Shown here piece by piece: positions 34,992 to 47,100 of a stretch of 48,497 nucleotides of DNA. The notes under the pieces are model-generated. The model searched no databases and was not told the DNA's origin. It saw only the letters and a list, made by a program, of their open reading frames with translations. The stretch is taken from positions 1 through 48,497 of the forward strand of contig NIVC01001720.1 of NCBI GenBank assembly GCA_002269645.1, read 5' to 3'. This stretch comes from Macrostomum lignano. Taxonomy: Eukaryota. Positions within the stretch are counted from its first letter, which is position 1. Each line of letters begins with the position of its first letter. A program made the position numbers and the translations under genes.

Positions 34992-35537
34992 AGGAATACA
35001 TAGTTCCATCTCTGTACATGTTACCTTCACTTATTATGCTAATCCCGGTTCAGATTCCATTTTACACGTTTTCGTTTCATTTAAAGAATTTCATTCGACA
35101 CATGTAATAATTGGCTGATAAGATTGCATTAGCCGTACAGCAATCCGATGTCTATCAACGTCGATTGCAAATATGGGCTTGTACATACGTCGCTGGCGTC
35201 GGATTGCTGTACGAGTTATTAGTTATAAGCTTAGCCATAGAATTAGCCAGCCTCTAGAATAACTAACATAATTTGCTTAGTAGCATTCCATACCGGTGTT
35301 TTTAAGTGGTCCCTTCATTTTCACAGAAGTTTTAGTGCCGCCGAAATCCTTAAAAAGTAAATTAAATTCAGTCTCATTTTCAGTAAATTTTAGCAAGAGT
35401 GAGTCAATGCTGAATGCTTTTAGGCACATTTGCCTAGAATGTAGCACATAGGAAAACAAAACGTTCGGGTATATATTGTAAAACTGTACTGTAAGTCTGT
35501 ACAAGCTTTTAACAAATGTTAACATAAAAGGTATCTA

Positions 35538-37157
35538 CAGTGGCGCACAATGAATTAAGACCATCTGACACAAATTTGAACTTTTAATTACATAACCTAC
35601 ACAGCTTGCGGGAGTCTTTTAATCTAATCAGTTATAGATAGCTATGGTATCAATAAGTTAAAAAAATTATGCGTTAAGTGATTATTTGCAATTGAGTGTG
35701 TTTGATTGGAGTCCCATATGTCACTTTCGAATTTGATAAGTCACACAGTAATAAGACCAATTAATTAATTGGGCTAAAAGGTGCCTTAAAAGGGGCCCTG
35801 CTCTTTCTGCAAGGCCAAAACATCTAATTCGATACTACCCCAAGCCAAAATGATCCCGAACTCTCCTAGAATGGGGAAAGGCAGAGCTCTATCGCCTGAG
35901 TCGTGTAGGAAAATCAAGGCCCTGTTCGACCAAGGAGTTTCCCAGCGTGCCACAGCCACGCAGCTGGGAAAGTGGAAAATGTGCGTCCAGCAAGCACTCA
36001 GGCGCCTCAGCAGCACTGGCAGCACAGGCTGTGCCCCAAGACTTGGCAGGGCACCGAAAACTGACCACCGACTTCACCGACTAGATCGCTGCATTGTGCG
36101 AATGTCCGAGTCCATGTGTCCATGAGTCCATGAGTCCATGTGGACATCAGCCGTAAACTTCAGGTGTCCAGCTGCACCCCATGACTGTCCGCCACTGTTT
36201 GGTAACTGCCGGACTGCATGGCCCGCATGGCTAGGAAGAAGCCATTTATTTCCGACAAAAACCGAAAGGGGCGCTTGAACTGGGCGAAGCAGCATGCAAG
36301 CTGGACACCCCAGGACTGGACCAAGACCAACTGGAGTGACGAGCAAATTTTCCCGCACTGGTTCTGATGGCCGCCGGTATGTGTGCCACAGAGCTGGTGA
36401 GGGATTTGATTCCAGGTGCACCGTTGGTACCATGAAGCATGGAGGTGGCAATGTCATGGTGTGGGCTGCATTCTCCAGAGCTGGACCTGGACCAATAACT
36501 CGCATTGAGGGAATCATGAACAGTCCGAAGTACCGTGACATCCTCAGCAGCCACTGGGTGCAGGGAACAGCTGCCAGTTTCAGCAGGACAGCGATCCAAA
36601 GCACACCTCCAAGGTTGTGAAGGCATGGCTTGCTGAGAACAACATCTGCACCGTGGACTGGCCAGCGCAGTCACCAGACCTCAATCCGATTGATAATCTG
36701 TGGAATGGGTCGAGCAGGACATCCAGAAGCAGCAGCCAGCTTCCCTTGATCAGCTGTACCGTATCATTGAGGACTCGTGGGCTGCCATCGCGGCAGATGT
36801 GTGCCAAAAGCTGGTGGACAGCATGCCTGGGGGTGCGATGCTGTGATTAAGTCTAAAGGACATGCTACAAAGTATTAGAGTAGTTAGTTGGATAACAGTG
36901 GCATTTTCTTTGCTTATTTCCCTAGTATTTATATATGGTCTTTTTCAATGTTAAATCTAAAACTGTACTTCCCATTCAAATATCAGCTTTTTGAACTAAA
37001 AAACGGCTGAAAAGTGAACCAAAACACCATACAAATAACATAAAGTAATATTCCTACAACTTTTATTTCTACTTTAGTACTTGAAATTAGCTTAAAGATT
37101 AGTATGCCAGAAATAAAATAATTTTACTTAGTGGTCTTAAATCATTGTGCGCCACGG
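35538..37157 (+). mobile_element. Tc1-family DNA transposon (1620 bp), transposase disrupted
   Basis: TIR CAGTGGCGCACAATGAATTAAGACCA / TGGTCTTAAATCATTGTGCGCCACGG with TA TSD. Frameshifted transposase ~35874-36880: MGKGRALS..HTH, KHGGGNVMVWAAFS, FQQDSDPKHTS, WPAQSPDLNPIDNLW (catalytic Glu position reads Asp). A single TA occupies the paralogous empty site near 29798. Confidence 0.93.
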
Positions 37158-37215
37158 TAAATCAGGCTGGGTATCTGACCTCCTCTCCAAGTAAGGCCCC
37201 ATTTCTCATTGAGTC

Positions 37216-37717
37216 TTAAGCGCTAGGGCTTGGGACTATGTACGCCGATGCGTGGTTTTTACCGCCGCACTTATGCCTACTGTCACCGAGACACCTTATG
37301 TCGCAAAAGGAATCGTCGCGCTTGGAACGTAGCCGAAAAGCTTTGTTGCAATGGCAGGTGTCCTGTTGAAGTATCACAAACTTAGTATGATAAAAACCAT
37401 TGTCTATGCAGTATTGGCGACACTTTACCGGATCAGCGTTCAAAATATCAACCGAGGTGGCCGATTCGGCATTGATGAACATCCCCGAGGCGTAGTAGCA
37501 TCCAGACTCCTCCGTGGTGTCGTCAGAAGACAAGGAATTCTCTACAACGTTTAGAGGCAGGTTTATACGACCTCAAGTATAGCTATTCACCCCACCGCGG
37601 TCACCAGTATTGGAATGTTATTGAGACATCATCAAACTTACTGATAGTCTTTGGGCAGGCTTCGGTAAAGCGAAGAATACAAAACACGACTGCTAGACAA
37701 ACTAGAATTTTCTCCAT
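37216..37717 (-). CDS. Small secreted WSC-domain protein, copy B (133 aa)
   Basis: Exon 1 37717-37642 (MEKILVCLAVVFCILRFTEA..), phase-1 intron GTAAGT..TTGTAG, exon 2 37541-37216. Same 8 Cys as copy A. Confidence 0.85.
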
Positions 37718-39194
37718 GCTTTCTGTTGAGATCTATGTAGATATTTTTATTCTAAGAAATAATTGAAACCATATAGACACAAGACTTCCCAATAAAAACA
37801 AGCCTATGATAAGCAATCATTATCAACTGTTTAATAATGCATGTCTAAATTTAGACGCAGTAAATGACCATAGACATAGAATCGAGTCGCAGATGTCACA
37901 GAATAGAATGTCTTACATGACACTTAAAGTGTTCAGTGCTGGAAATGTCTGTTAGTTATCCTATCAACTGGCCGCTTTTGCCGGTTATGCGTCTCGACAA
38001 CATGGACGTCCAGCATACCGTCAAGACAATCACCGAGATGATGGTCAGTTGGAGGATTTCATTAACTTCAAGATCTGAGGAGGACCCTCTTGGCGACGTT
38101 CTACATGATACCCCGTACTGAGGAGCAAGCTTCAGTTGCTACTGACACACTACCAAGGCTAGGTCGAGGTGGACTCACTACCAAGCACGACCAAAGAACA
38201 AATTTTTCACTATGGCTACTTTGAAGCTCTGCCTATTGAAACCAAGGACAGTTCGTTCTTTCCGAGACCATTGGCTAACCATAAAGGACGGCTGCAGTTT
38301 TCGAATAAGGTCCGCGGAATCAATTGGCTAGGATCATTCGTGACTCGACTAAGCACCCTGTGTAAGCTCACCTAAACGTATACGAACCACTGCATTCGAG
38401 TAACTAGGGCTGCTGACCTACATGAAGCCGCCTACACGTTGTCCGAAATCAAGAGTATCACTGGACAACAAAATGAGTCGACCGTTATGCTCTACCTATC
38501 GGTAAAAGCGTGATCACAAATCGCGAGAAATGGCTACGGTTGAGGGAGAAGCCTTACAACCAAATGGATCTCCTATGGATGCGACAATGGCTGGGAAGGG
38601 TCAGCCATCTGAAGTGGAAATATCAACTCTTTCAAAGACGATGGATGTGGGTAGCCTAAACATTACGGTTAGTAAACAAAACAGGTTGATTTTCTTCGCA
38701 GACTGCCACTTTACCAACTGCATCTTTGTTATGTCTTCTGCTTCTTTTATGACTATGGGTAATTCCAGTCTCGATAGACTCTTCTAGATCGACGACATCA
38801 AAGTCGAAGTCCGTTATGTTTCATTGAAGCGAGTTACCAGCGTACTTTATACTTTATCCTGCGGCCGCGACTTGTTCCCTTCTTTCTCTTTTAGTCGCTG
38901 CTTATCAAGAGCACTAAAGTCAAGCACGTAGACATGAGCACTTCATCGATTTAATTGACCAGCTTCATTGAGAATCGAAAATTATAAAAATAAAATCCAT
39001 AAAAACGCTTCTATTGTTGCTGCTATATGATGTAAAATTTTTATTTCGTAGTTGCCTAAAATAAACTCGCGTTTTGCTATAATCTACGATCCAAGCTGAA
39101 ACAGGCTACAAACTGCATTTGATAACGACTGAATTATACAAAATGTGACAAGAAGAGAGAGAGTGTGACATTTTATTGGAAAAATCTGCTTAGA

Positions 39195-39470
39195 TAGAGA
39201 GGGAGGGAGGGGGAGAGGTAGAGAGACATTGGGGTGAGAGAGAGAGGAGATGCAGACAGGGGAGAGAAGGGGAGAGAGATAAGAGAGAGGGAGAATAGAT
39301 AGATAAAGAGGTGCAAGATAGAGAGGGGAGATAAAGAGGGGGGAGAAAGAGAGAGGGCGACAGAGAGATAAAGAGGGGATAGAGAGAACGGGAAAGGGAC
39401 GGGGAGAGAGGGGTGCGAGAGGGTAAAGAAAGGAGGGAGAGAGAAGGGAGAGAGGAGAGAGAGCTGCTGG
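39195..39470. repeat. Purine-rich (GA) low-complexity tract
   Basis: Near-continuous gagag/gggag/gata runs. Confidence 0.9.
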
Positions 39471-40494
39471 GGTATCCTGGCCGAGTAGGTTTTTTGAGTA
39501 CCAGAAAGTTTCAAAAGTAGCCACTGAAGTCACTAGTAGAACCTATAGACATTTATCATGTGGTTCGATTTCGGCTGCCAAAGCTGCACAGCTCAGTTAA
39601 ATGTTACACATACGTCCTTTATGTCGATATGTTTGGACATGTTGGGCCGGTAGGATCAGACGAGCATAGATGAGTCTTTCAAATCCAATCAGGACCGGCG
39701 ATGTGAGCACTGATACGTATGAAAATTATCACTAGGTCGGAACGGGTCGGACGAGAAGCGAGTGACTTCTCTGTGCGTTGGAGGCACTCCAGGTCTTCTA
39801 GCGTCTGGCAGCAAGTTCGAGTGCTCCCGAGTCACTAGGGCTTAGTTAGTTAGAGGGCTAGTTAGATCGTTGTGAGTTCAATTTTCACAAGAAATGTGAG
39901 CAATATTCAAGCATAAGATTCTGGCTGTTCCAGTCGACAGCTGCCCGTCCGACAGCTCGGTGATGTCCTCTGATGCAGCAGCAATACATTTTCTAGAAGT
40001 CCCTTTCCTGTGCGATTGCACTCTTTAAGGGGCTGCATGTCGAAAAATAATAATTGAGCAGAAGCTTAATAAGGATGAAAAAGATCAATATTAGCTGTTA
40101 TTACGTGTTGCATCCTCACATGTACATAATAATTTATTGCATTTTTGCATTACTTTTTTGGAAACTAAGGCGTTGCCGCTGAAGTCTCGAGCTTAATGCT
40201 GATGCGTTTCCCACAGTATTGAATAGAAAATTTCTGCCTTCATTTTCCCACAGCAAGCTTCACGGGCATTGTTAGCTGTGTTATTACAGCAACGCCCAAG
40301 AAAGCAGCCACATAAAATACGAGGGAGTAAGCTGTGCTATTAATCTGCTCTGAGGCATGCATGCAAGCTTTTTCACACGCTTTCATAAAAAAACTTGTTG
40401 AAAAAGCAAATTTAAGCAGAGAAAATTCAAGAACCGATAGCCTTAGAAAAGAAAAGAAGTCAACAGAACTCCAGCAAACTAAAAGCAATGCGCG

Positions 40495-43356
40495 ATGGTT
40501 AATTCAAAAACAAAAGCCGAAGCAAAGGCAAAGCGGCAGCGGCAGCAGCAGAAGCAGCACGATCAGCAACGCAGGCGGCATCGAAGCCGCACCTCGTCGG
40601 AGAACTCATCTGACACCACCGACACCGCCAACAATGACACTGACAGCGGAGTCGAAGCGCCCCCGAGGCTCATAGAGCGGCACTCATCAACAACGTCGCT
40701 GAAACGAGATCTGCAGGACTTGAAACGCTCATCTGACGCGCATGACGTCTATGACAGCGTGCAAGCGGGCGCGTCTGGCTCTGATGATCCCATTGACTAC
40801 GGCGTACCGGCGCTCTTTAACGACAACGACCGTAAGGCCAACTGGGAGTCGGGTGGTAGCCCTCCAGAGGAGCGTCTGGTCATGGAGAAGTACTTAATGC
40901 TACGGGAGCTTGAGTTCCCGGACGAAAAAAAGCTAGACAATGACTCACTACAAGAGCGCTGGAACGCGGTGCTTCAGGTGAAACGGGAGCGGTGCAAGCG
41001 GACTCCGGAGCATCACTTAAAAGCGCTGACTTCGCTGAACCAAAGTTTTCCAAAGAAGCCCCAGAAGAAGCAGCACGAAGCGCAGCGAAAGTTGGAATCA
41101 AGGTGTACCAATGTATGCAGCGATCTTAAGTCTGATATGATCAAGGGCCATATATCCTATGTTAATGAGCTGCAGAAAGCTGGGGTCTTCGTCCAGTTGA
41201 AGACATTGTTGCAGAATCTCGCAGCGCTGGCAAAGTGCAGTACAACGCCAGTTATCTGCGCTCTGATTTGTTTGAAGAATGCCCTGTGCAGGTCTGAGAA
41301 GACCAGGAACAAAGCAATCACACTGGAAGTTTCAGCCGAGCTGGTTAAGCTTTTTAACTCTCGAACGGATATAGAAGTTCAGCCGTGCATGTTTGACTGC
41401 TTCTCTCTCATTGCTTCATGCAGCATTGGGACCAACCAGCTGGTGAACTACCTTTTCACGGCTAACAAAGAGAAAATTAACCAGGTGTCTACAGCAGCAA
41501 AGGTGCGCTCTGACGACGGTTTCGTACCCTTTATTGTCTGGTACCTGCTGTTCAGTCCAATAGATCCTCAGCTGCAGGAGCTTCGCGTGAAGCTTGCCAT
41601 GGTTTCAACTTTCTACAACTTGCTGACCAACTGTGTCACCCTGGACCAGCGCGTGTTTATCATCGAGCATCTGCGGGTTCATGGCTACAACTTTGATGCT
41701 TTCGAAAGGTGCCTTGAGAGTGTGCAGGATACCACCGACCTCGAGGAGAAATACACCTTAAACAGTCTGGACGAACTCATTGGAAAGATCAAGGTGTTGC
41801 ACATTGATGTTCAACTGATTGCTGATCGAGCCTCCATAGCGGAGGCTCGCAACGAAGTTCTACGAGATGAGATTAATCACCTGGAGAAGCAACTATCGCA
41901 AAGTGGTCAGAAGCTAAGTGACGCTATGGAAGAAATCGAAGACTTAAAAACCAAGAAGTCGGCGCAGCCTCCGGTGGCTTCTGCATCCAGGCTGGTCACC
42001 ACCACTAGCTCGCAGAATCAGAAAGTGCCAGCACCTTTACCGACACCTCCGCCGCCGCCACCGCCAGCACCTCCTCCGCCACCACCACCGTCAACTGTAG
42101 ACGGAGGTGGGCGACCCGCACCCGAGAATCCGGAAATTGACTACTACGAATCAGTCTACGACAGACTCAAAGAGGACTACTCAGGGCTGATCAATAGCCG
42201 GACTCATCTGCCTGCCTGTCACTGGGATCCGTTGTACACTGTCAAAGGAACTGTCTTCGAGGCTGCTCAACAAGAACAGGAAAACTTACTGAAAGACCTC
42301 GATTTAGGCGACTTCCAACGCAAGTTCAGCCACATGACACCGGAAACTCCTGGGCGTTTGTACAGGCCTGGACCTGCGTCAAAAGAAACGGCGTCAGGTC
42401 CTAAGGGACTCGCGGGTGGCCGTCAGCTGCACCAACCGCATCTTCCGCAGCAAAAGCAAGACCAGGACCAGAAGACCGTACTTCTAGATGAACGCACGGC
42501 ACAGAATCTGGTGATCACGAAGCGTCGTTTCCGCGTGGAGGATGCGGAGATTTGTCGCGCAATCGAAGCAATCGACACCAATGTGATCAGCGGCGAAATG
42601 GCTGAGATTCTCCACAAGTTCCTACCTGCATCTCGCTCCGACATCAAACTAGTGGCCAAAAATTATAATCGGTTGCATCAGCTTGGCGAGGCCGACCAAT
42701 TTTATGTTCGTCTTGCCTGCATCGAGCGTGTGCCTACCAAGCTGCAGGTCATAGCGTTCTTGGACTCGTATCGCGACCGCTGCAGCGATTGTAACCAGAA
42801 GATTGAGTGCCTCAGTCGCGCCTGCAGCCGCAGCCTGACGTGCCGGCCTATCCTGCAGAAGCTGCTCACCTACTTTCTGGTGCTGGGCAACTTTATGAAT
42901 TCCGGAAGGAAGCGCTATGCGCCGGGCTTCCGACTGACCTCTATCGAGACCATCGCTCGCATTCCGGACAGTTCCGGCCGCGAGACCGTGCTGGACTACG
43001 TTCGCAGAACTGCACGCAGCAAACTGACGCCTGAGGAACTGGCGCGTCTTCGACAACAGTTTGACTATGAAGTGCCGAAGGTCTCGCTGCCGTCAGTTAG
43101 CCTGGAGCTTGAGCAGCTGCAGAAGGGCCTGATTCAGCTGAAAGAGGAGTGCGCGCACACCGAAGAACCGTCAGCGCGTCTGTCCTCCAGTCTCGAGCAG
43201 GCCTCCAAGGAAATCCCTGCTCTGGTGTCTCGACAGCAGCTGTCCTACAGCCTGTACCATCAGCTGTGCTCACTAATGGGAGAGAATCTTACCGACACAG
43301 AGCCCGACAAACTGTTCACCACACTTTGCTTCCTGGTCAAGCAGCTAACCACATGA
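40495..43356 (+). CDS. Formin (GBD/FH3-like region, coiled coil, FH1, FH2), single-exon ORF of 953 aa
   Basis: Poly-Pro FH1 (PTPPPPPPPAPPPPPPP) followed by FH2 motifs: HWDPL..GTVF, LLDERTAQNLVI, EADQF, LVLGNFMNSG..APGFRLTSI..D..VLDYV. The ORF stops at the end of FH2. Confidence 0.93.
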   Translation: MVNSKTKAEAKAKRQRQQQKQHDQQRRRHRSRTSSENSSDTTDTANNDTDSGVEAPPRLIERHSSTTSLKRDLQDLKRSSDAHDVYDSVQAGASGSDDPIDYGVPALFNDNDRKANWESGGSPPEERLVMEKYLMLRELEFPDEKKLDNDSLQERWNAVLQVKRERCKRTPEHHLKALTSLNQSFPKKPQKKQHEAQRKLESRCTNVCSDLKSDMIKGHISYVNELQKAGVFVQLKTLLQNLAALAKCSTTPVICALICLKNALCRSEKTRNKAITLEVSAELVKLFNSRTDIEVQPCMFDCFSLIASCSIGTNQLVNYLFTANKEKINQVSTAAKVRSDDGFVPFIVWYLLFSPIDPQLQELRVKLAMVSTFYNLLTNCVTLDQRVFIIEHLRVHGYNFDAFERCLESVQDTTDLEEKYTLNSLDELIGKIKVLHIDVQLIADRASIAEARNEVLRDEINHLEKQLSQSGQKLSDAMEEIEDLKTKKSAQPPVASASRLVTTTSSQNQKVPAPLPTPPPPPPPAPPPPPPPSTVDGGGRPAPENPEIDYYESVYDRLKEDYSGLINSRTHLPACHWDPLYTVKGTVFEAAQQEQENLLKDLDLGDFQRKFSHMTPETPGRLYRPGPASKETASGPKGLAGGRQLHQPHLPQQKQDQDQKTVLLDERTAQNLVITKRRFRVEDAEICRAIEAIDTNVISGEMAEILHKFLPASRSDIKLVAKNYNRLHQLGEADQFYVRLACIERVPTKLQVIAFLDSYRDRCSDCNQKIECLSRACSRSLTCRPILQKLLTYFLVLGNFMNSGRKRYAPGFRLTSIETIARIPDSSGRETVLDYVRRTARSKLTPEELARLRQQFDYEVPKVSLPSVSLELEQLQKGLIQLKEECAHTEEPSARLSSSLEQASKEIPALVSRQQLSYSLYHQLCSLMGENLTDTEPDKLFTTLCFLVKQLTT

Positions 43357-44182
43357 CGTAAATTTGATCTACTTTGAATTGTTACTTGAACTGTGTCGGA
43401 CTTGCGATGGAATAAGTTCACATAAAAACCTATTTATCAAGTGCACCTATGCAAACAGTTAAATTACTATGCTATTTAATATTTATGCGCGTAGCTAACA
43501 ACTTGTTTTTACCCTTTGGCTCATAAAAAGTAGTTGTGCTGAAATATATGCGGTTGAAAACAAACTAATTTTAAGTTAAAACTCCAGCTACTTCTTCACG
43601 CTGTGTTCAAAGTTCGAAGGCCAATAATTTTTTTAATAGATTTTTTTACTCGTAGATTCGGTAACATCGATCGCACGTGACTCAAGCGCGATCTGACGTG
43701 ATTCAAGCGCAACAGATGCGTGAATTCCGTAGTGTACTACTGACGAGCCCAGACAGATCAGATGTGCTCAGATGTGCTGTTTCGAGACAAACAAGAAATG
43801 CTCAGAAATTATTAATGCCAGAAAATGTACGAACTTCTTGTCAATATGTGCAATGAGTCGGTGCCACTAGAAGATGCTATGAAAGATTTATTCCAAAACT
43901 CGCCCAGTATCATGACAGACCAGCCCATAAAATACATGTAGATAGGACCGAAAACATGCGAGCTAACTAGTTATTGGCCATAACTTCACCTAAAATCAGC
44001 CAAATTTATCCGATTACAACGCAGAACATAATTTACGACACAGTGTAAATAGAAGGCCATCGGAGTTCGTGCCCCCCCACCCCAACATCACTTCTTGGTT
44101 ATATTAATACTCAGTTGGTTAAATCTCAGATATGCAGAAATACCATTCCGAGACACGTAACTCAACATTTTCAACCGAAATC

Positions 44183-47100
44183 ATGCCTCTCTGGTTGATA
44201 TTGCTCTGGGCACCTCTGCTGCTGCAGTTGAGCAAAGAGAGCGGGGCCGCAACTGTTGTGGATGTCCTGTCCACGAGCCCCGGAAGCGGCCCAGGTGCTG
44301 CTGCAAACTTATTCACGGTATCTGAAGGGTCTGACGCACCTCTGGTGCTGGGCGAATTGCCGCAGCTGCCGCCAAGCTCAGAGTACGAACTGCTGCCCAG
44401 CTTTGGAGCTGGCGGTATTGATGACGCATTTGAAGTAGATAATTCAATTAACTCTCAGAGGCTGATTCTCAAGAAGAGTCTCGACCGCGAGGCAGTCTGC
44501 TCACTATCCAGCGAGCAATGCAGCCATTGCATTCTGCACCTGAACTTGGTGGCGAGCTCTTGTATCACTAGGGAGCCACTTCATCTGCTGACTGTCCGAG
44601 TGCGACTCATCGACGCGAATGACAACCGGCCGAGTTTTCCAGCGGTGCCGGGCCGCCTCGAGCTGCAGTTTATTGAGTCCGATCCGCCCGGCAGTCGACG
44701 CCCGCTGCCACAGGCCAGCGACCCGGACTGCGGAGAGTTCGGTCGAGTCTCACACTCGCTGCTGCTCCTCCCGATATCGAATGCAGCTGAGAATGGAGCG
44801 CCATTCAAGCTACAGAAAGAGTCGGAGTCGCTGTTCCTAACGCTGACTCGTAAGCTGGACAGGGAGCTGCAAAGTTTCTACGATGGCCTGACGTTGCTGG
44901 CAGTTGATGGCGGTGGGCTGGAAGCGAGACTGCATCTCGTCGTGCGTGTCATCGATGAGAATGACTGCGCCCCCGTAAGTGAATCGGTATCTTTATATAT
45001 AGCATGTACTGCTTCAGCTACACGCAAAATGTAAGTCACAATACAAATAAACATCCACAAAGGCATTCGATCGAGCGGCCTATTCGCTATCCATTGTCGA
45101 GAACTCACCAACTGGCTCGTTGCTGCCGCTGCGCCTGTCAGCTCTGGACTGCGATGCGGGCGCCGCAGGTCGAGTGCGCTACCAGCTGGCGCCAGGCACC
45201 CAGCCAATGGTGCGAAGCCTCGTGGCTGTTGAAGCGGACAGCGGCTGGCTTCGTCTGGTTGGGCACCTCGATCGGGAGTCAGTCCCGGAGTTGGGCTTCA
45301 GTGTCAGAGCATTGGACGGTGGAGACCCTGTCAGGTATTGCAGTGTAGAACCACCGAAGTTAAAGTTAAATAATCTTTTTGATATAAATATCATTATCCA
45401 ACATCACACAAAATTAATAGATCCGCCACTGCTCAAGTGCACCTTCGAGTTCTAGACATGAACGACAACGCGCCACGATTGGAACTTCTCGGCATGGCAT
45501 CGCATCTGGCTTCGCCAAGCGTCAGTGAGAATCGGTTTCCTGGGGCTGTGGCCGCCGTTTTGAGCGTCCGGGACGAAGATGCTGGGGCGAATGGCACAGT
45601 CACTTGCCACCTGCTGGCGTCCTCTTCGTCGCGGATGTTCAGACTACAGAGTTTTTCAACCCGGCTGCTGCAGCTTCTGACAGTGGCTGCACTCGATCGG
45701 GAATTATCGGACTCGCATCCCGCAACCATTCGCTGCGTGGATGGTGGCGGATTGAAAAGCGAGGCAAGCTTCGCTGTCCAAGTGCTGGATGAAAATGACA
45801 ATGCCCCAGTGTTCAACGCAATCGGCTTGTCGTCTCCAAACGGAACAATTTTGCTACGTCAGACTGAGACGCCTTCAACCAACTTATCAGCCATGGACGC
45901 AGCGGTGTTGGCAAACCTCAGCGCCACGGACGCCGACATGGGTGACAACGACAGAGTGGACTATCGCCTGTTGGACGGAGCCGAGGACGGCGACTTCACC
46001 ATCGATACTGTCACTGGTCTGCTCAGGGCGACGAAGCCGCTGGACCGAGAGCGCCGATCGAGAGCGCGACTTCGAGTGGTTGCGAGCGATCAAGGTCGGC
46101 CAGGACGACTGTCGACGACCGCCACTGTGGAGCTGGAGGTGCAGGTTCTTTTAAATTTTGCGTGTACTCAAAATATCCTTCGATCTTCGGGCCTTGGAAT
46201 AGTAGGCTTACTAGGTAAAAGGGGGAAGTCGAGAACCACATCCGGAGCGTAAACATGGCTTTATTAGCGCATTTGGGTTTTTGTGGCAGGGAGCTGTTTA
46301 TTAAATATCAATGAGAATGCAGCAATTGATCGAGAAATGAAGTAAGGATAGGCGGAGAAATGCGTTACTTTGCTCGACCGGAGTATGAGAGCACCGAATC
46401 ACCAGTGAGAAGCATCAGTGTCAAGAAAATAATGAATAAATCTAGCCTATAGGCTAAGAGATACGAGCGTACTTTAGCAACAAAGGGGGTCAGCGTAGAG
46501 TCAGTGAGGAAGGCCAGGGGCGCTGTGGGGGAGGTTAAGCACGAAAAGAGGGGGATGGGTTAGCAACGCAAAAGGAATGGAGGAGTGGAGTGAGAACGAG
46601 AGGCTAAAGATGGACGAGGTGAGGACCAATCAGAGTGAAGAGAGGGTGAGAAAGAGAAGGCTAGACTGAATTGCACGAGAGAGTAGAAAACGAAGAGTGC
46701 AAGGTGAACTGAAGCAGTGAAGGAAGGCAGGAGTCGCTACAATCAGAAACAAGTTTTTAATGCTAATTACCGTCAAAGACACGAGAAATGAGACGAGTGA
46801 GTGGCAAATCATTTCGAATCGCACCAACTATTGAACTCCATCTGTTTATTTCCACACAGATTGTGGACATCAACGACGTGGCGCCGCAGATGCCAAGAAC
46901 GCTGGAGTTCGTTGTCGCCGAAAACTCCGCTCCGGGACTGGCAGTCGGCCAAGTGCCATGGACAGACCCGGACGAGGGACCCGGCGGCGAGGTTCAATTT
47001 GCTCTTGCCGACGAGCCGAGCTCGAACGTCGGAGATGGTGCTGCTCAGAGTTTCCAAGTTTCTATGGAAGGCGTGGTGCGAACCAGCCGCAGCTTGGACC

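Noticed and set aside
36074-36807. Minus-strand ORFs up to 176 aa
   Set aside because: Antisense to the Tc1 transposase remnant.
37936-38787. Cluster of short ORFs, possibly an old retroelement remnant
   Set aside because: No recognisable motif, splice structure or terminal repeat.
39084-39533. Leu/Ser/Pro-rich ORFs
   Set aside because: Translation of a CT/GA low-complexity tract.
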